A DNA stretch of 64,000 nt from a virus (Duplodnaviria; Caudoviricetes), in IMG/VR virus record IMGVR_UViG_3300011008_002712; one strand, 5' to 3'. Each line of letters starts with the position of its first letter. The first letter of the stretch is position 1. The position numbers and the translations under genes were made by a program. Shown piece by piece: positions 20,131 to 29,376 of this stretch. Below the pieces are notes generated by a model. The model searched no databases. It was not told where the DNA came from and saw only the letters and a program-made list of their open reading frames with translations.

Positions 20131-20502
20131 ATGAATTTAGAACAACAAGTTAAAAACGCTGGTCCTCATGAATTGGTTTTAATGCTTTATGATGGTTGCA
20201 TTAACTTTATTGATAAGGGAGAAGAGGCACTCGTTAATAAAGACTATGAAACATCAAATAATTTTCTTCAAAGAGCAGAAAATATTTTGACAGAACTTAC
20301 TATCAATCTCGATATGAAGTATGATATTTCTAAACAATTATCTTCTCTTTATTGTTATGCTTATGATCGTTTAGTAGAAGGTAATTTGTTTAGCAAAACA
20401 TCTCTAATTGAAGAAGCAAAGAAAATTGTTTCAGAACTTAGAGATGCATGGATTCAAGCAATTAACAAAGTAACTCCAGAAGAAATTGAAGCGTTCGCAT
20501 AA
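20131..20502 (+). CDS. fliS: Flagellin export chaperone FliS homolog
   Basis: A.P.ELVLMLYDGCI, RAENILTEL..LD, L.SLY.Y...RL, ELRDAW. Confidence 0.9.
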   Translation: MNLEQQVKNAGPHELVLMLYDGCINFIDKGEEALVNKDYETSNNFLQRAENILTELTINLDMKYDISKQLSSLYCYAYDRLVEGNLFSKTSLIEEAKKIVSELRDAWIQAINKVTPEEIEAFA

Positions 20503-20520
20503 TTTTTCTCTTTATATCTA

Positions 20521-20548
20521 AAGGAGGATGCATTGCATCCTCTTTTTT
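20521..20548 (+). terminator. Intrinsic terminator after fliS
   Basis: GAGGATGCA/TGCATCCTC followed by T run. Confidence 0.7.
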
Positions 20549-20606
20549 ATTTTTAACATCAAAATTTATTTATTTTATAGAAGAAATTTTTGGGAGGCGC
20601 TTATCA

Positions 20607-21137
20607 ATGGGAAGAGTGAAAGTAGGTGTAAGAACAAAAGAACTCATTGAGAAGATTGACAAACCTCAAGAATGTCAAGAAGTTAAAAAACCGCAAGAAG
20701 AAGCTGTGCAGGAAAAACCAAAAAGAAAAATATCTTTTATAAGATGTTTTGTAAAAAACTTTGATATTCTTATGTGCTTGTTTAGAAAATTTGTACCAGA
20801 ATTCATCATAATGGCTTTGCTTGGTTTGTTTGGATTATGGGGTTTTGGTTATATAATGAATGGATTATATGGAATGGCGTTTCAATTAGATAGTAGCTTA
20901 GCTGCAGTTGGTGCCATTTCATCAGCTGGCGTTCTTTCTTTAATTAGATATTTGACAGATAGTAAATTGAACAGCGTACTGGGATCTGCTCCAACTAAAG
21001 CATTAACCGATAAACTTAATAGATATATAGCTGGTAAAGATCATTTTGTTGATGAAAACAAAAATGGAATAGATGATAGAAAAGAATGCAATGAATTTCC
21101 TGGAAAGAAAGACATGAACTATAAGGATGGTGAATGA
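20607..21137 (+). CDS. Two-TM membrane protein, probable holin
   Basis: Two hydrophobic segments; directly upstream of amidase. Confidence 0.55.
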   Translation: MGRVKVGVRTKELIEKIDKPQECQEVKKPQEEAVQEKPKRKISFIRCFVKNFDILMCLFRKFVPEFIIMALLGLFGLWGFGYIMNGLYGMAFQLDSSLAAVGAISSAGVLSLIRYLTDSKLNSVLGSAPTKALTDKLNRYIAGKDHFVDENKNGIDDRKECNEFPGKKDMNYKDGE

Positions 21138-21669
21138 TATGTCAAGTTGTTTGATAAATGCTGGACATCATGTAACATACGACGCGGGAGCCGTCTCTCC
21201 AAGGACTGGCCTTAGAGAAACAGATGTAGCATTAAAAGTAAGCAATCTAATTGTTGATTATCTAAATGCTGCTGGCGTATATTCTCAACAATTTCAAGCA
21301 AATGAATTAGATGAAATCACAGATTATGCTAATAACAATGAATTTGATTTATTTGTAAGCATTCATTGTAATGCTGCTAGTAATTATTCTGCACAAGGCA
21401 CTGAAACTTGGTATTATCAAGGAAGCAGCAACAGCCAACATCTGGCTTCTTGTATTCAAGATCAAATTATAAATTCATTACCTGTTACTGATAGAGGAAT
21501 CAAACCAACTACAGGATTATATGTGCTTAAACATACAGATATGCCAGCAGCTTTGGTAGAATTGGCATTTATAACAAACGAATACGATGAAAGTCTTTTA
21601 TCAAATGATCATTATATAGATGAATTTGCAAGAGCTATTGCTCGAGGAATTACTGATGCGTTACAATAA
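21127..21669 (+). CDS. N-acetylmuramoyl-L-alanine amidase (Amidase_3), probable endolysin
   Basis: INAGH, E, FVSIHCNAA, GTETWY, LYVLKHTDMPAALVELAFITN. Confidence 0.92.
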   Translation: MVNDMSSCLINAGHHVTYDAGAVSPRTGLRETDVALKVSNLIVDYLNAAGVYSQQFQANELDEITDYANNNEFDLFVSIHCNAASNYSAQGTETWYYQGSSNSQHLASCIQDQIINSLPVTDRGIKPTTGLYVLKHTDMPAALVELAFITNEYDESLLSNDHYIDEFARAIARGITDALQ

Positions 21670-21679
21670 TGTATAAATA

Positions 21680-21705
21680 AAAAGAGGGAATTTTCCCTCT
21701 TTTTT
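21680..21705 (+). terminator. Intrinsic terminator after amidase
   Basis: AAAAGAGGGAA/TTCCCTCTTTT followed by T run. Confidence 0.7.
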
Positions 21706-21714
21706 CTTTTTTAA

Positions 21715-21746
21715 CTATTTACATTTATTTTTTTTTATGATAAAAT
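21715..21746 (+). promoter_or_regulatory. SigA-type promoter, CTA-extended class
   Basis: CTA-TTTACA-N17-TAAAAT with TG. Confidence 0.7.
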
Positions 21747-21759
21747 TGCATTAGAAAGG

Positions 21760-22578
21760 ATGATTAAAATGATTATTGGAAGCCACTTATCTACATCTAA
21801 AGGGTTTTTTAAAATGGCACAAAACGCCGTTAATATGAATGCCAATACTTTTGCGTTTTTTATTCGCAATCCTCGTGGATTTAGCGCAAAGGTTATAGAC
21901 AAGGATGATGCAAAAAGAATGAATGATTTATTAAAAGAATATAATTTTGGTAAATTGGTTGTGCACGCTCCCTATACATTGAATTTGTGTTCAAATGACA
22001 AAAAAATCTTAGAGGTTTTTAAGGATGATTTACAAAGGATGGAAAATTTTCCTGGTAATTACTACAACCTCCATCCAGGAACTCACGGTGGGAAAGGAGA
22101 AATGACAGGCATCATCAATGTTATTTGCAATTTAAACGATGCTCTTACCAGTGACTTGAATACTATCGTCCTTATTGAGACAATGGCTGGAAAAGGCACC
22201 GAAATCGGCAAGACATTTAAAGAAATAAAAAATATGATTTCTGGAGTTAAGTTAAAAGATAAGATTGGAGTCTGCCTTGATACATGCCATGCTTGGGATG
22301 CTGGATATGACATGAGAAACATAGACACTGTGCTGGAAGAATTCGATAAAGTAATAGGTATAGATTATTTAAAAGCAGTACATTTAAATGATAGTAAGAA
22401 CGAGATGGGCTCTCATAAGGATCGTCACGCTCAATTGGGTGAAGGCAAAATCGGATTAGAAGCACTAACCAAAATTGTCAATCATAAACATCTTAAAAAA
22501 TTGCCATTTATTTTGGAGACACCAAATGTTTCTATGCACGCTGGAGAAATTGCTTTGATGAGGCAACGAGAAGTTTAA
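21760..22578 (+). CDS. nfo: Endonuclease IV (AP endonuclease)
   Basis: GSHLS, HAPY, HPG, ETMAGKG, DTCH, HLNDSK, DRH, ILETP. Confidence 0.95.
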   Translation: MIKMIIGSHLSTSKGFFKMAQNAVNMNANTFAFFIRNPRGFSAKVIDKDDAKRMNDLLKEYNFGKLVVHAPYTLNLCSNDKKILEVFKDDLQRMENFPGNYYNLHPGTHGGKGEMTGIINVICNLNDALTSDLNTIVLIETMAGKGTEIGKTFKEIKNMISGVKLKDKIGVCLDTCHAWDAGYDMRNIDTVLEEFDKVIGIDYLKAVHLNDSKNEMGSHKDRHAQLGEGKIGLEALTKIVNHKHLKKLPFILETPNVSMHAGEIALMRQREV

Positions 22579-22703
22579 AAATGAAAACTAAAATTAGAAT
22601 GAATGTATAAGAGTTTTTATAACGGGAGAATTTATAGTTTTTCACGTTATTAATTGACTATGCCGTTTGACTATCATAATTTATGTAAAATGGAGGTTTT
22701 TAA

Positions 22704-23237
22704 ATGAAAAAAATGTTTTCTATCAAGAATATAGCAGCAATTATGTTGTGTGTAATTACAATGATAGTTTCTGCTTGTGGTGGACATCCAGTAGAAGAAT
22801 GGCCTGAATATAAAGATGCGAAAAAATCATACGATACGTGGTTTTATTGCTGGACAGAAAAATTTAATGGTAAAGACATTCATATTGATAGCAGAATAAA
22901 ATCAGTTAATTTTAAACCTTCAGCTAATATTTCTGGAAATTTAGAAATGAGTGGATTATTCTTTGTTGGACGAGGACAAATAGACTCAACTGATTATTAT
23001 TATGTATATCAAGAAGTCGATCCTGATAAGTATAAATTAGTTAAAATACCTGCTGATGAGACTATCATTTTAGAAACAAATGAAATCTCTCCAAGTATTG
23101 CTGCTGAGTATGATTTTGAATTTGATTTAAATTTATATTATGACTGGAAACATGGTCATTATTCATTCACAAAGAATAACCTTATAATAGTACCAAAAGA
23201 TACTGTTATACAAGAATTTAATGTACAAAATATTTGA
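22704..23237 (+). CDS. Lipoprotein of unknown function
   Basis: Basic-hydrophobic signal peptide with lipobox VSAC; GGAGG RBS. Confidence 0.75.
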   Translation: MKKMFSIKNIAAIMLCVITMIVSACGGHPVEEWPEYKDAKKSYDTWFYCWTEKFNGKDIHIDSRIKSVNFKPSANISGNLEMSGLFFVGRGQIDSTDYYYVYQEVDPDKYKLVKIPADETIILETNEISPSIAAEYDFEFDLNLYYDWKHGHYSFTKNNLIIVPKDTVIQEFNVQNI

Positions 23238-23371
23238 ATAAAGAAAAATTTTGGTACATAATTGGGCTGGTTTTGCTATCATTTGTATATGCATTGACTA
23301 GCCCAATTATACGCGTTTATGCGCAAGTTTTCTTGGGGGCTATTTTAGCAATTATTTTTGTAGAAATTTAA
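23234..23371 (+). CDS. Small 45-aa hydrophobic protein (not in ORF track)
   Basis: TTG overlapping upstream TGA; MNKEKFWYIIGLVLLSFVYALTSPIIRVYAQVFLGAILAIIFVEI. Confidence 0.45.
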   Translation: MNKEKFWYIIGLVLLSFVYALTSPIIRVYAQVFLGAILAIIFVEI

Positions 23372-23519
23372 GTAGAATATTGCATAATGATTCAATGCAT
23401 AGTAAACTTTACAATGTAATGCACAGACTGTTACATATACAAAATTTTAAAAAATAAATTATAAAAACGACGTTTATTTATAATAAAATGTTATTATAAA
23501 TGATAGGAGATAATTAATA

Positions 23520-23960
23520 ATGAAAAAACATTTGATACGTCGTAAAACAGCTTCAATATTGGAAAAACTTAACATTGATACTAATGATGTTAGATTTATA
23601 GGCAAAAATGAAGATGCCACTGTCGATAATGAATTTAAAGTTATTGATTTTTTTAACGATTTAAATGATGAAGATAAGCAACATGCAGTAAGCATAATGA
23701 ACAATGAATATCACAATAGATTTAAAGATTCTACAACTATTAACCTTCGCGAAGCATATTTGATATTGAAAACCTTAGGTGATAACAAAAATTTACCAAT
23801 TTGGAAAAATGTTATTGGTAAGTTAGAACCATTTTATTACTATTCTTGTTCCACGGATTTATTTAATGACGAATCTTTTAATTGGTTTACAAAAGATGAT
23901 TTAATTGAATACATTGATCCAAAAACTGGAGATTATTATGAAGAATACAAATTGCAATGA
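23520..23960 (+). CDS. Hypothetical protein with basic N-terminal motif
   Basis: MKKHLIRRKTAS then acidic body; AGGAG RBS. Confidence 0.7.
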   Translation: MKKHLIRRKTASILEKLNIDTNDVRFIGKNEDATVDNEFKVIDFFNDLNDEDKQHAVSIMNNEYHNRFKDSTTINLREAYLILKTLGDNKNLPIWKNVIGKLEPFYYYSCSTDLFNDESFNWFTKDDLIEYIDPKTGDYYEEYKLQ

Positions 23961-24034
23961 AAAACAATGATAGTACTTATTTTATGCTATACAAATATTA
24001 TTAAATAAATTTGTTTAACAATTTTTTTATTTAA

Positions 24035-24065
24035 CTATTTACATTTTATTGTTTTACTGTATAAT
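24035..24065 (+). promoter_or_regulatory. SigA-type promoter, CTA-extended class
   Basis: CTA-TTTACA-N16-TATAAT. Confidence 0.6.
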
Positions 24066-24082
24066 ATTAAATAAGAAAGAAG

Positions 24083-24586
24083 TTGGCAATGATGTTTAAA
24101 ACATTAACTAATAAAGTTAAACAAAAATACATTGATTTCGGAAATTTTGTTATTAAAAAAATTTTAAACAACAACTATAAAAATATTTGCGTTTTTGGAA
24201 CATGCTCAGATGATATCAACAACATGGGATGGATAAAATCTATGTATCATTTGCAAGAACTTGATGATGCAACTTTTTATGCGGCATTAAATAAAAATGG
24301 TAAAACTTTAGAGAACATTGTTGATTACGACATGGTAATTCTTCTTGATTTGAAATTTAATAATGATAAGTTTGATATTTCATTCGAAATGATTTCGTCT
24401 AATGATATTGGAATAAATAGCAATGTACCTGTTATTCAACTTCATTATATGTTAAATGATGACAAATTTGAAATTGAAAGAGATTGTAATCTATTTTCTG
24501 ATGGTATTTCTGACGTTACTTTTATAAAAAGTCAAAAATATAGGAAAATTCCAAATGAATTAACAAAACAAGAACTTTTAAATTAA
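24083..24586 (+). CDS. Hypothetical protein, paralog family A copy 1
   Basis: WIKSM(Y/F)H, GKTLENI.DYDMVILL, SDGIS shared with next two genes. Confidence 0.8.
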   Translation: MAMMFKTLTNKVKQKYIDFGNFVIKKILNNNYKNICVFGTCSDDINNMGWIKSMYHLQELDDATFYAALNKNGKTLENIVDYDMVILLDLKFNNDKFDISFEMISSNDIGINSNVPVIQLHYMLNDDKFEIERDCNLFSDGISDVTFIKSQKYRKIPNELTKQELLN

Positions 24587-24627
24587 TCAAAAGCAAAAAC
24601 ACAGACATAAAAATGAAAGATGAAATA

Positions 24628-24654
24628 AAAAGGAGAGGTTTTACCTCTCTTTTT
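24628..24654. terminator. Bidirectional terminator
   Basis: GAGAGGT/ACCTCTC stem with A/T flanks between convergent genes. Confidence 0.65.
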
Positions 24655-24660
24655 CAATAG

Positions 24661-25155
24661 TTAAAAAAGATTTTTTTCTTCCTGTTTATCCAATTCCCAG
24701 TAATGTTTTTTATATTTTTCAATACTTTTTTTATCTTTTGCATCGCTTATTCCATCTGAAATCAAAATATCGTATTCTTCTGGTATGAAATGATCTTTTG
24801 CGAAACAATAATCGATTTGTACCAACGGAACATTATTCTTAATGCCAAAGTCGGAAGAGTTTTTATCTTCAAACATAATGTCAAAATTTCTGCAATTAAA
24901 TTGCTGATTAATGATTATACCCATGTCGCATTGAGACAAATCGTTCAAACTTTTTCCTTCGCAATCTAATGCAGTCCAAATACAAACGTCATTAATCATA
25001 CATCCATGGAACATAGATTTAATCCACCCAACATTGTTAAGATTGTCAGGCAATGCAGAAAACACACCAACATTTTTATAGTTGTTTAACAAAATTTTAT
25101 TAATAATGTAATTTCCTAATGAAACATATTTTTCCTTAAGATTTTCACCTTGCAT
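24661..25155 (-). CDS. Hypothetical protein, paralog family A copy 2
   Basis: GWIKSMFHGC, SDGIS, EEKNLF. Confidence 0.8.
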   Translation of the reverse strand: MQGENLKEKYVSLGNYIINKILLNNYKNVGVFSALPDNLNNVGWIKSMFHGCMINDVCIWTALDCEGKSLNDLSQCDMGIIINQQFNCRNFDIMFEDKNSSDFGIKNNVPLVQIDYCFAKDHFIPEEYDILISDGISDAKDKKSIEKYKKHYWELDKQEEKNLF

Positions 25156-25191
25156 TACGATTGCCCCTTTCTAACATGATATCTAATTTTA

Positions 25192-25223
25192 ATTATATCA
25201 TAATTTTAAACAAAAGTAAATAG
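25192..25223 (-). promoter_or_regulatory. SigA-type promoter, CTA-extended class
   Basis: CTA-TTTACT-N17-TATAAT with TG; abuts hairpin 25221-25248. Confidence 0.7.
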
Positions 25224-25296
25224 CTTAAGAAAATTTTTTCTTAAGCTATACAAAATTAGTTAATCAATTGTTAATTTCTTTTTTCAATTTCAATAG

Positions 25297-25803
25297 TTAA
25301 AAAAGATTTTTTTCTTCTTCTTGAGTCAAATCCCAATAAGGTTTGTTATGTTTCTTTATACTTTGAATTTTTTTAGCATTGCTAATCCCATCTGAAACGA
25401 GATCGCTATCTTCTACATAAAATTTATCAGTATCAAACAAATAATTAATCTGAATGATTGGAACTTGCCCCGCAACACCAATATCGTCTGAAATTTTATC
25501 TTCATACGTGACATTGAATTCGTCATTATTGAATTGCAAATTAAGCAAAATCACCATATCATAATCAGCAATGTTCTCTAAAGTTTTTCCTTTGCTTTCC
25601 AATGCAGCTTCAATAACAGCATCTCTGATTTCGCATCCATGAAACATGGACTTAATCCAAGAAATATCATTACTGCGATCAGACGATGTTGCGAAAACGC
25701 CAATGTTTTTGTGTTCGTTGTTTATAATGCTATTGACAATATGATTGCCAATAGCAATGTATGATTGTTCCAATTTTTTGTCAAGTTGTCTGCATTTGGC
25801 CAT
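25297..25803 (-). CDS. Hypothetical protein, paralog family A copy 3
   Basis: WIKSMFHGC, SDGIS, EEKNLF; start ATG 25803 after AGGAGG. Confidence 0.8.
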   Translation of the reverse strand: MAKCRQLDKKLEQSYIAIGNHIVNSIINNEHKNIGVFATSSDRSNDISWIKSMFHGCEIRDAVIEAALESKGKTLENIADYDMVILLNLQFNNDEFNVTYEDKISDDIGVAGQVPIIQINYLFDTDKFYVEDSDLVSDGISNAKKIQSIKKHNKPYWDLTQEEEKNLF

Positions 25804-25836
25804 TTTGTTATTACCTCCTAAATAATCTTTTATTAT

Positions 25837-25868
25837 ATTATACCATACGTACAAGAAAAAGTAAATAG
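25837..25868 (-). promoter_or_regulatory. SigA-type promoter, CTA-extended class
   Basis: CTA-TTTACT-N17-TATAAT with TG; -35 overlaps hairpin 25862-25899. Confidence 0.7.
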
Positions 25869-25902
25869 CCAAAATAAAAATTTTTATCTTGGCTATTTAA
25901 AA

Positions 25903-26763
25903 TTAATCAATTAAATACTTATCACGTTTTTCAATTTCATTATCTACAAAATCTTTAGTATCTTGATATGTTAATTTATTTGTATACATAAACGTATTTC
26001 CATCATTTAACTTATAACCATTTTGTTTGATTTTATCGCGAATTGTTACCCATAATTCACCTGGAAATTTTTGATAAGTCGATTTTGATATTTTCCCATC
26101 TGTATCATATTTGTGTTCTACAACTACAACTTCTTTTTTTCCTGTTTTCATTAAGTAACACTCTTCAAGAAGATATATAATAGGATGTTGAACGCCAATT
26201 GGCGGTAATTGATATCCGAAACAACCAAAACATCCTCTTTCGTCATTGTCAAACCATTCAAATCCTTCTTTTAAAAGCGTTTGCAATAATTCATTGAAAA
26301 TTTGTTCTGTTTGTGATTGAGGCACATCATGAATATCCCTTGTATCACTAATTTTTTGCAATCTTTTTTTAGATCCTTCACATCCGCCAAAATCTCCACC
26401 CATTCCTATATCAGAACCACTCCATTCTCCTCCAGATGTATCTGAAGATGAATCCGTAGCGCCATAATCAGAATATCCATAATAGTTATCATATCCCCAG
26501 TTTCCCCACCAATATGGAGTATACCATATATGTTGCTGAGATTGTGGTAGTTTTTTCACTAAATGTTTTTTAGAATTTTTGCCAATGTAATTTTCATCTG
26601 GATCCATCCAATTTTCAAATTCTTCGCTTTCATTTCTTGGCCAATTATCAGCACAATAAAAGTAAAATGGACAAGGGCCATATATTATGTGATTTTCTGG
26701 TTTTACCATTGTATTATTTTGTGGCCATTCTGAAAATTTTATATTTTTTTGTAATCTTTTCAA
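25903..26763 (-). CDS. Hypothetical protein with Tyr/Trp/Gly-rich linker and repeated basic motif
   Basis: MKRLQK, KKHLVKK, KKRLQK; WYTPYWWGNWGYDNYYG and GGDFGG segment. Confidence 0.7.
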   Translation of the reverse strand: MKRLQKNIKFSEWPQNNTMVKPENHIIYGPCPFYFYCADNWPRNESEEFENWMDPDENYIGKNSKKHLVKKLPQSQQHIWYTPYWWGNWGYDNYYGYSDYGATDSSSDTSGGEWSGSDIGMGGDFGGCEGSKKRLQKISDTRDIHDVPQSQTEQIFNELLQTLLKEGFEWFDNDERGCFGCFGYQLPPIGVQHPIIYLLEECYLMKTGKKEVVVVEHKYDTDGKISKSTYQKFPGELWVTIRDKIKQNGYKLNDGNTFMYTNKLTYQDTKDFVDNEIEKRDKYLID

Positions 26764-26766
26764 TAT

Positions 26767-27087
26767 TTACACCCCAAAATATAATGCATATTTATTTAAT
26801 ATATATAATCTTAGTTCTTCAATTTCTTTTTCTATTTTATAAATAAATTTATTGTAATTTGCAAAGTTATTGAAAATAAATTGATGAAAAAATTTCTTTT
26901 TTAAAAAAATTAAAAATATATCAAATTGTCTTGATTGTTCAAAACTATTTATAAAATCAGGAACAAAATTTGATATATTTATAATATCATTAGAAATGCT
27001 AATTGCCAAATTACATTTTTCAATATTAAATTTTAAAATTATCAAAAAAAACGTTTTTTTCTTTTTAAAAGATTTTACTACTATCAT
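26767..27087 (-). CDS. Possible hypothetical protein
   Basis: 106-aa ORF with TAATG overlap; very AT-biased composition. Confidence 0.4.
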   Translation of the reverse strand: MIVVKSFKKKKTFFLIILKFNIEKCNLAISISNDIINISNFVPDFINSFEQSRQFDIFLIFLKKKFFHQFIFNNFANYNKFIYKIEKEIEELRLYILNKYALYFGV

Positions 27088-27851
27088 TATAAATATCCCG
27101 ATTTTTTTGCTAGTTCGTCATATGCTCTAATTAAATTATCGTCGTCTAACTCATGATAGCAATTTATGACAAATTGAGCAAATTCTTGATGATTTAACAA
27201 ATAATGTGTTTTCTGATTATCACTACTCATATATTCTATATTAATTCTATACACATAATGATTGTTTTTTTCAATCTTTACTTTAAATAATGAATCAACT
27301 TGATCTTTTGCGTCATATGCAGTTCGTAAATCTACAAACATAGTATGGCAATTATTATAATATGCATGATCATTATACATAAGCAAAAATGGATATTTCG
27401 CAGAATTCAAATATTTGTCAATGTCTTCTACATTAAACACACATTCCATATGTTCTTTTCCAGATGCAAAAAAATGTCTTCTTATAGCTGTTGGACCAAG
27501 CATTTTAACATCAACTGCTATATTAAAATCTGATTGAAAATCTATTGATGAATAATTAAAATTATAGTCGTCAGTTGTAAAGATATATAAATCATGATCG
27601 CCCATATATTTAAAAAGTCTTCCGAAAAATGGATTCCTTCCAAATTTAATTTCTCCTATCCTGCCTTCAAGTAATCTCCCATTTATGCCAGATAAATCCC
27701 ATTTATGGTTTTTCAATCCATGATAAATTTGTATGGTTTCATCATGAAAAATCGGAGATGTTTCAATCAAATTTTTCATATATTGTGAACGATATTTTTT
27801 TAACAAATTTGATTTGAAATTTTCCATATCATTCCTCTTGTATAAAATCAA
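27087..27851 (-). CDS. Hypothetical protein, possible PD-(D/E)XK nuclease
   Basis: GRLLEGRIGE...IDF...AVDVK pattern. Confidence 0.5.
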   Translation of the reverse strand: MILYKRNDMENFKSNLLKKYRSQYMKNLIETSPIFHDETIQIYHGLKNHKWDLSGINGRLLEGRIGEIKFGRNPFFGRLFKYMGDHDLYIFTTDDYNFNYSSIDFQSDFNIAVDVKMLGPTAIRRHFFASGKEHMECVFNVEDIDKYLNSAKYPFLLMYNDHAYYNNCHTMFVDLRTAYDAKDQVDSLFKVKIEKNNHYVYRINIEYMSSDNQKTHYLLNHQEFAQFVINCYHELDDDNLIRAYDELAKKSGYL

Positions 27852-28395
27852 AAATTTCTTTATTCATCATTATTAATTGAAGCAATTTCTTGCCAAAGAG
27901 TTTATCATCATTTTCTTCATATTCTAAATTATTTTCTTCTAACATAAGTTTTGCAATTAAAACAAACATATTACTCAACTTATATTCATTACATCCGTTT
28001 TTTACATACAAAATATAATTCTCTAAATCAATTTTATTGACCAAACCGTATTCTATTTTAAAATTTAACCCATTAAAACAAATCTTTTTTGCATTGCATT
28101 CATTTCTATAACAAGAAGATATAAAATCTTGGTTTATTTGTACAAAACTAAGAAAATCGTGAGAAAGTAATTCATTATATGTTTCAGAATTCAATGTATG
28201 CAACGAAGAATCATAGAGAAGAGCATGCATAATTTCATGAAAAATAGTTTCTTGTTTTCTTTGAAGAGACAAGCCATCTTTAATAAGAATGACTGTCTCT
28301 TCGTATTTTACCAATCCATTGCAAAGAGAATTTGCATATTCTATGCGATCTACAAAATTAATGTCGTAGTATAGCCCATTTATAAAAACATTCAT
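27829..28395 (-). CDS. HEXXH metallopeptidase-like protein
   Basis: QETIFHEIMHA..E. Confidence 0.7.
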   Translation of the reverse strand: MNVFINGLYYDINFVDRIEYANSLCNGLVKYEETVILIKDGLSLQRKQETIFHEIMHALLYDSSLHTLNSETYNELLSHDFLSFVQINQDFISSCYRNECNAKKICFNGLNFKIEYGLVNKIDLENYILYVKNGCNEYKLSNMFVLIAKLMLEENNLEYEENDDKLFGKKLLQLIMMNKEIFDFIQEE

Positions 28396-28832
28396 GACAA
28401 TTTCTCCTTAATGATATTAGAAGCTAATTTCCCATCGTAAGTGCCAGCATGTTCATTTTTCAAACGATTCATAATAACACCAATAGATTTCTTATCTACA
28501 CTTGGTAGTTCGCTAATATAATTTGAAATGATTTTATCGAGCTCTTCTTTAGAAAGCTGTTTTGGTATATATTTTTGAAGAAGTTCAATCTTATTTTTAT
28601 ATTCCAGCACTTTTGATGGATCTTTTTTATTAAGTAGATCTATAACTTCTTCGGTTTTAGATTGGAAATTTTTTAAAATTTTAATAGCCTCGGCATCTGT
28701 AGTCTCTCTATTTCCATTGTTTTTACCAAAAGCAATAACATCTGCATACATTGTAGAAAGAAAACTAACAACATTAGATTGTTTATTCTTCCTAGCAGTA
28801 TCTAAATCTTTCTTAATTTCTTGTGCAATCAT
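28392..28832 (-). CDS. GatB/YqeY domain protein
   Basis: IKKDL..ARK, ELLQKYIPKQLS.EEL, IGVIM..LK, YDGK; start ATG 28832. Confidence 0.85.
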   Translation of the reverse strand: MIAQEIKKDLDTARKNKQSNVVSFLSTMYADVIAFGKNNGNRETTDAEAIKILKNFQSKTEEVIDLLNKKDPSKVLEYKNKIELLQKYIPKQLSKEELDKIISNYISELPSVDKKSIGVIMNRLKNEHAGTYDGKLASNIIKEKLS

Positions 28833-28872
28833 TTTATTTACTCCCTTCTGATTATCAAAACATATTAATAAT

Positions 28873-29376
28873 TCATTGTGCAAGATAACAATTATTGTTA
28901 ATAATGCACTTTTTTGCTAATTTATCAAATGCTTCACAAGCAATACAATTATCTTCATGTTCTTCATCTTTTATTAAAGATAAATCTTTATGAATAACAA
29001 TTGGAGAAAAACCATGAATTTCATCATATAGTATTCCTTCTGGAATATCGTTATAAAGATAAATTTTCTTAGCATTCATATAGGCTTCATACATTTCAAG
29101 AAATGTGGCACCGCCAATATAATTGATTTTATTTTCTATAGTAAGATTAAATACAAGCACAGCATCTACTTGAGAAATGACATTGGCACTTTTTTGATAC
29201 ATAGATTTCTTAAATTGTCTATGTGCTTCTTCACCTTTTGCCCAAGCTTCTTTTTCTGCGTCTGCATTGTCAATACAATTTGGAAGAAATACTTCATGAT
29301 TCAGCGATTCTAACTTATTTTTTAAATCATTTACATAGCAGTAAGATTTTTTACTGCAAATTATCAAAATTTTCAT
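28873..29376 (-). CDS. Nucleoside 2-deoxyribosyltransferase / nucleotide N-glycosidase-like protein
   Basis: L...HEVFLP, ISQVDAVLVFN, YIGGATFLEM.EAY..KKIY; start ATG 29376 after GAGGTGG. Confidence 0.65.
   Translation of the reverse strand: MKILIICSKKSYCYVNDLKNKLESLNHEVFLPNCIDNADAEKEAWAKGEEAHRQFKKSMYQKSANVISQVDAVLVFNLTIENKINYIGGATFLEMYEAYMNAKKIYLYNDIPEGILYDEIHGFSPIVIHKDLSLIKDEEHEDNCIACEAFDKLAKKCIINNNCYLAQ

Noticed and set aside
20131-22578. Host chromosomal contamination (fliS, nfo)
   Set aside because: The genes are isolated from their bacterial operons, share the phage-wide terminator style (nfo also the CTA promoter class), and are interleaved with phage genes
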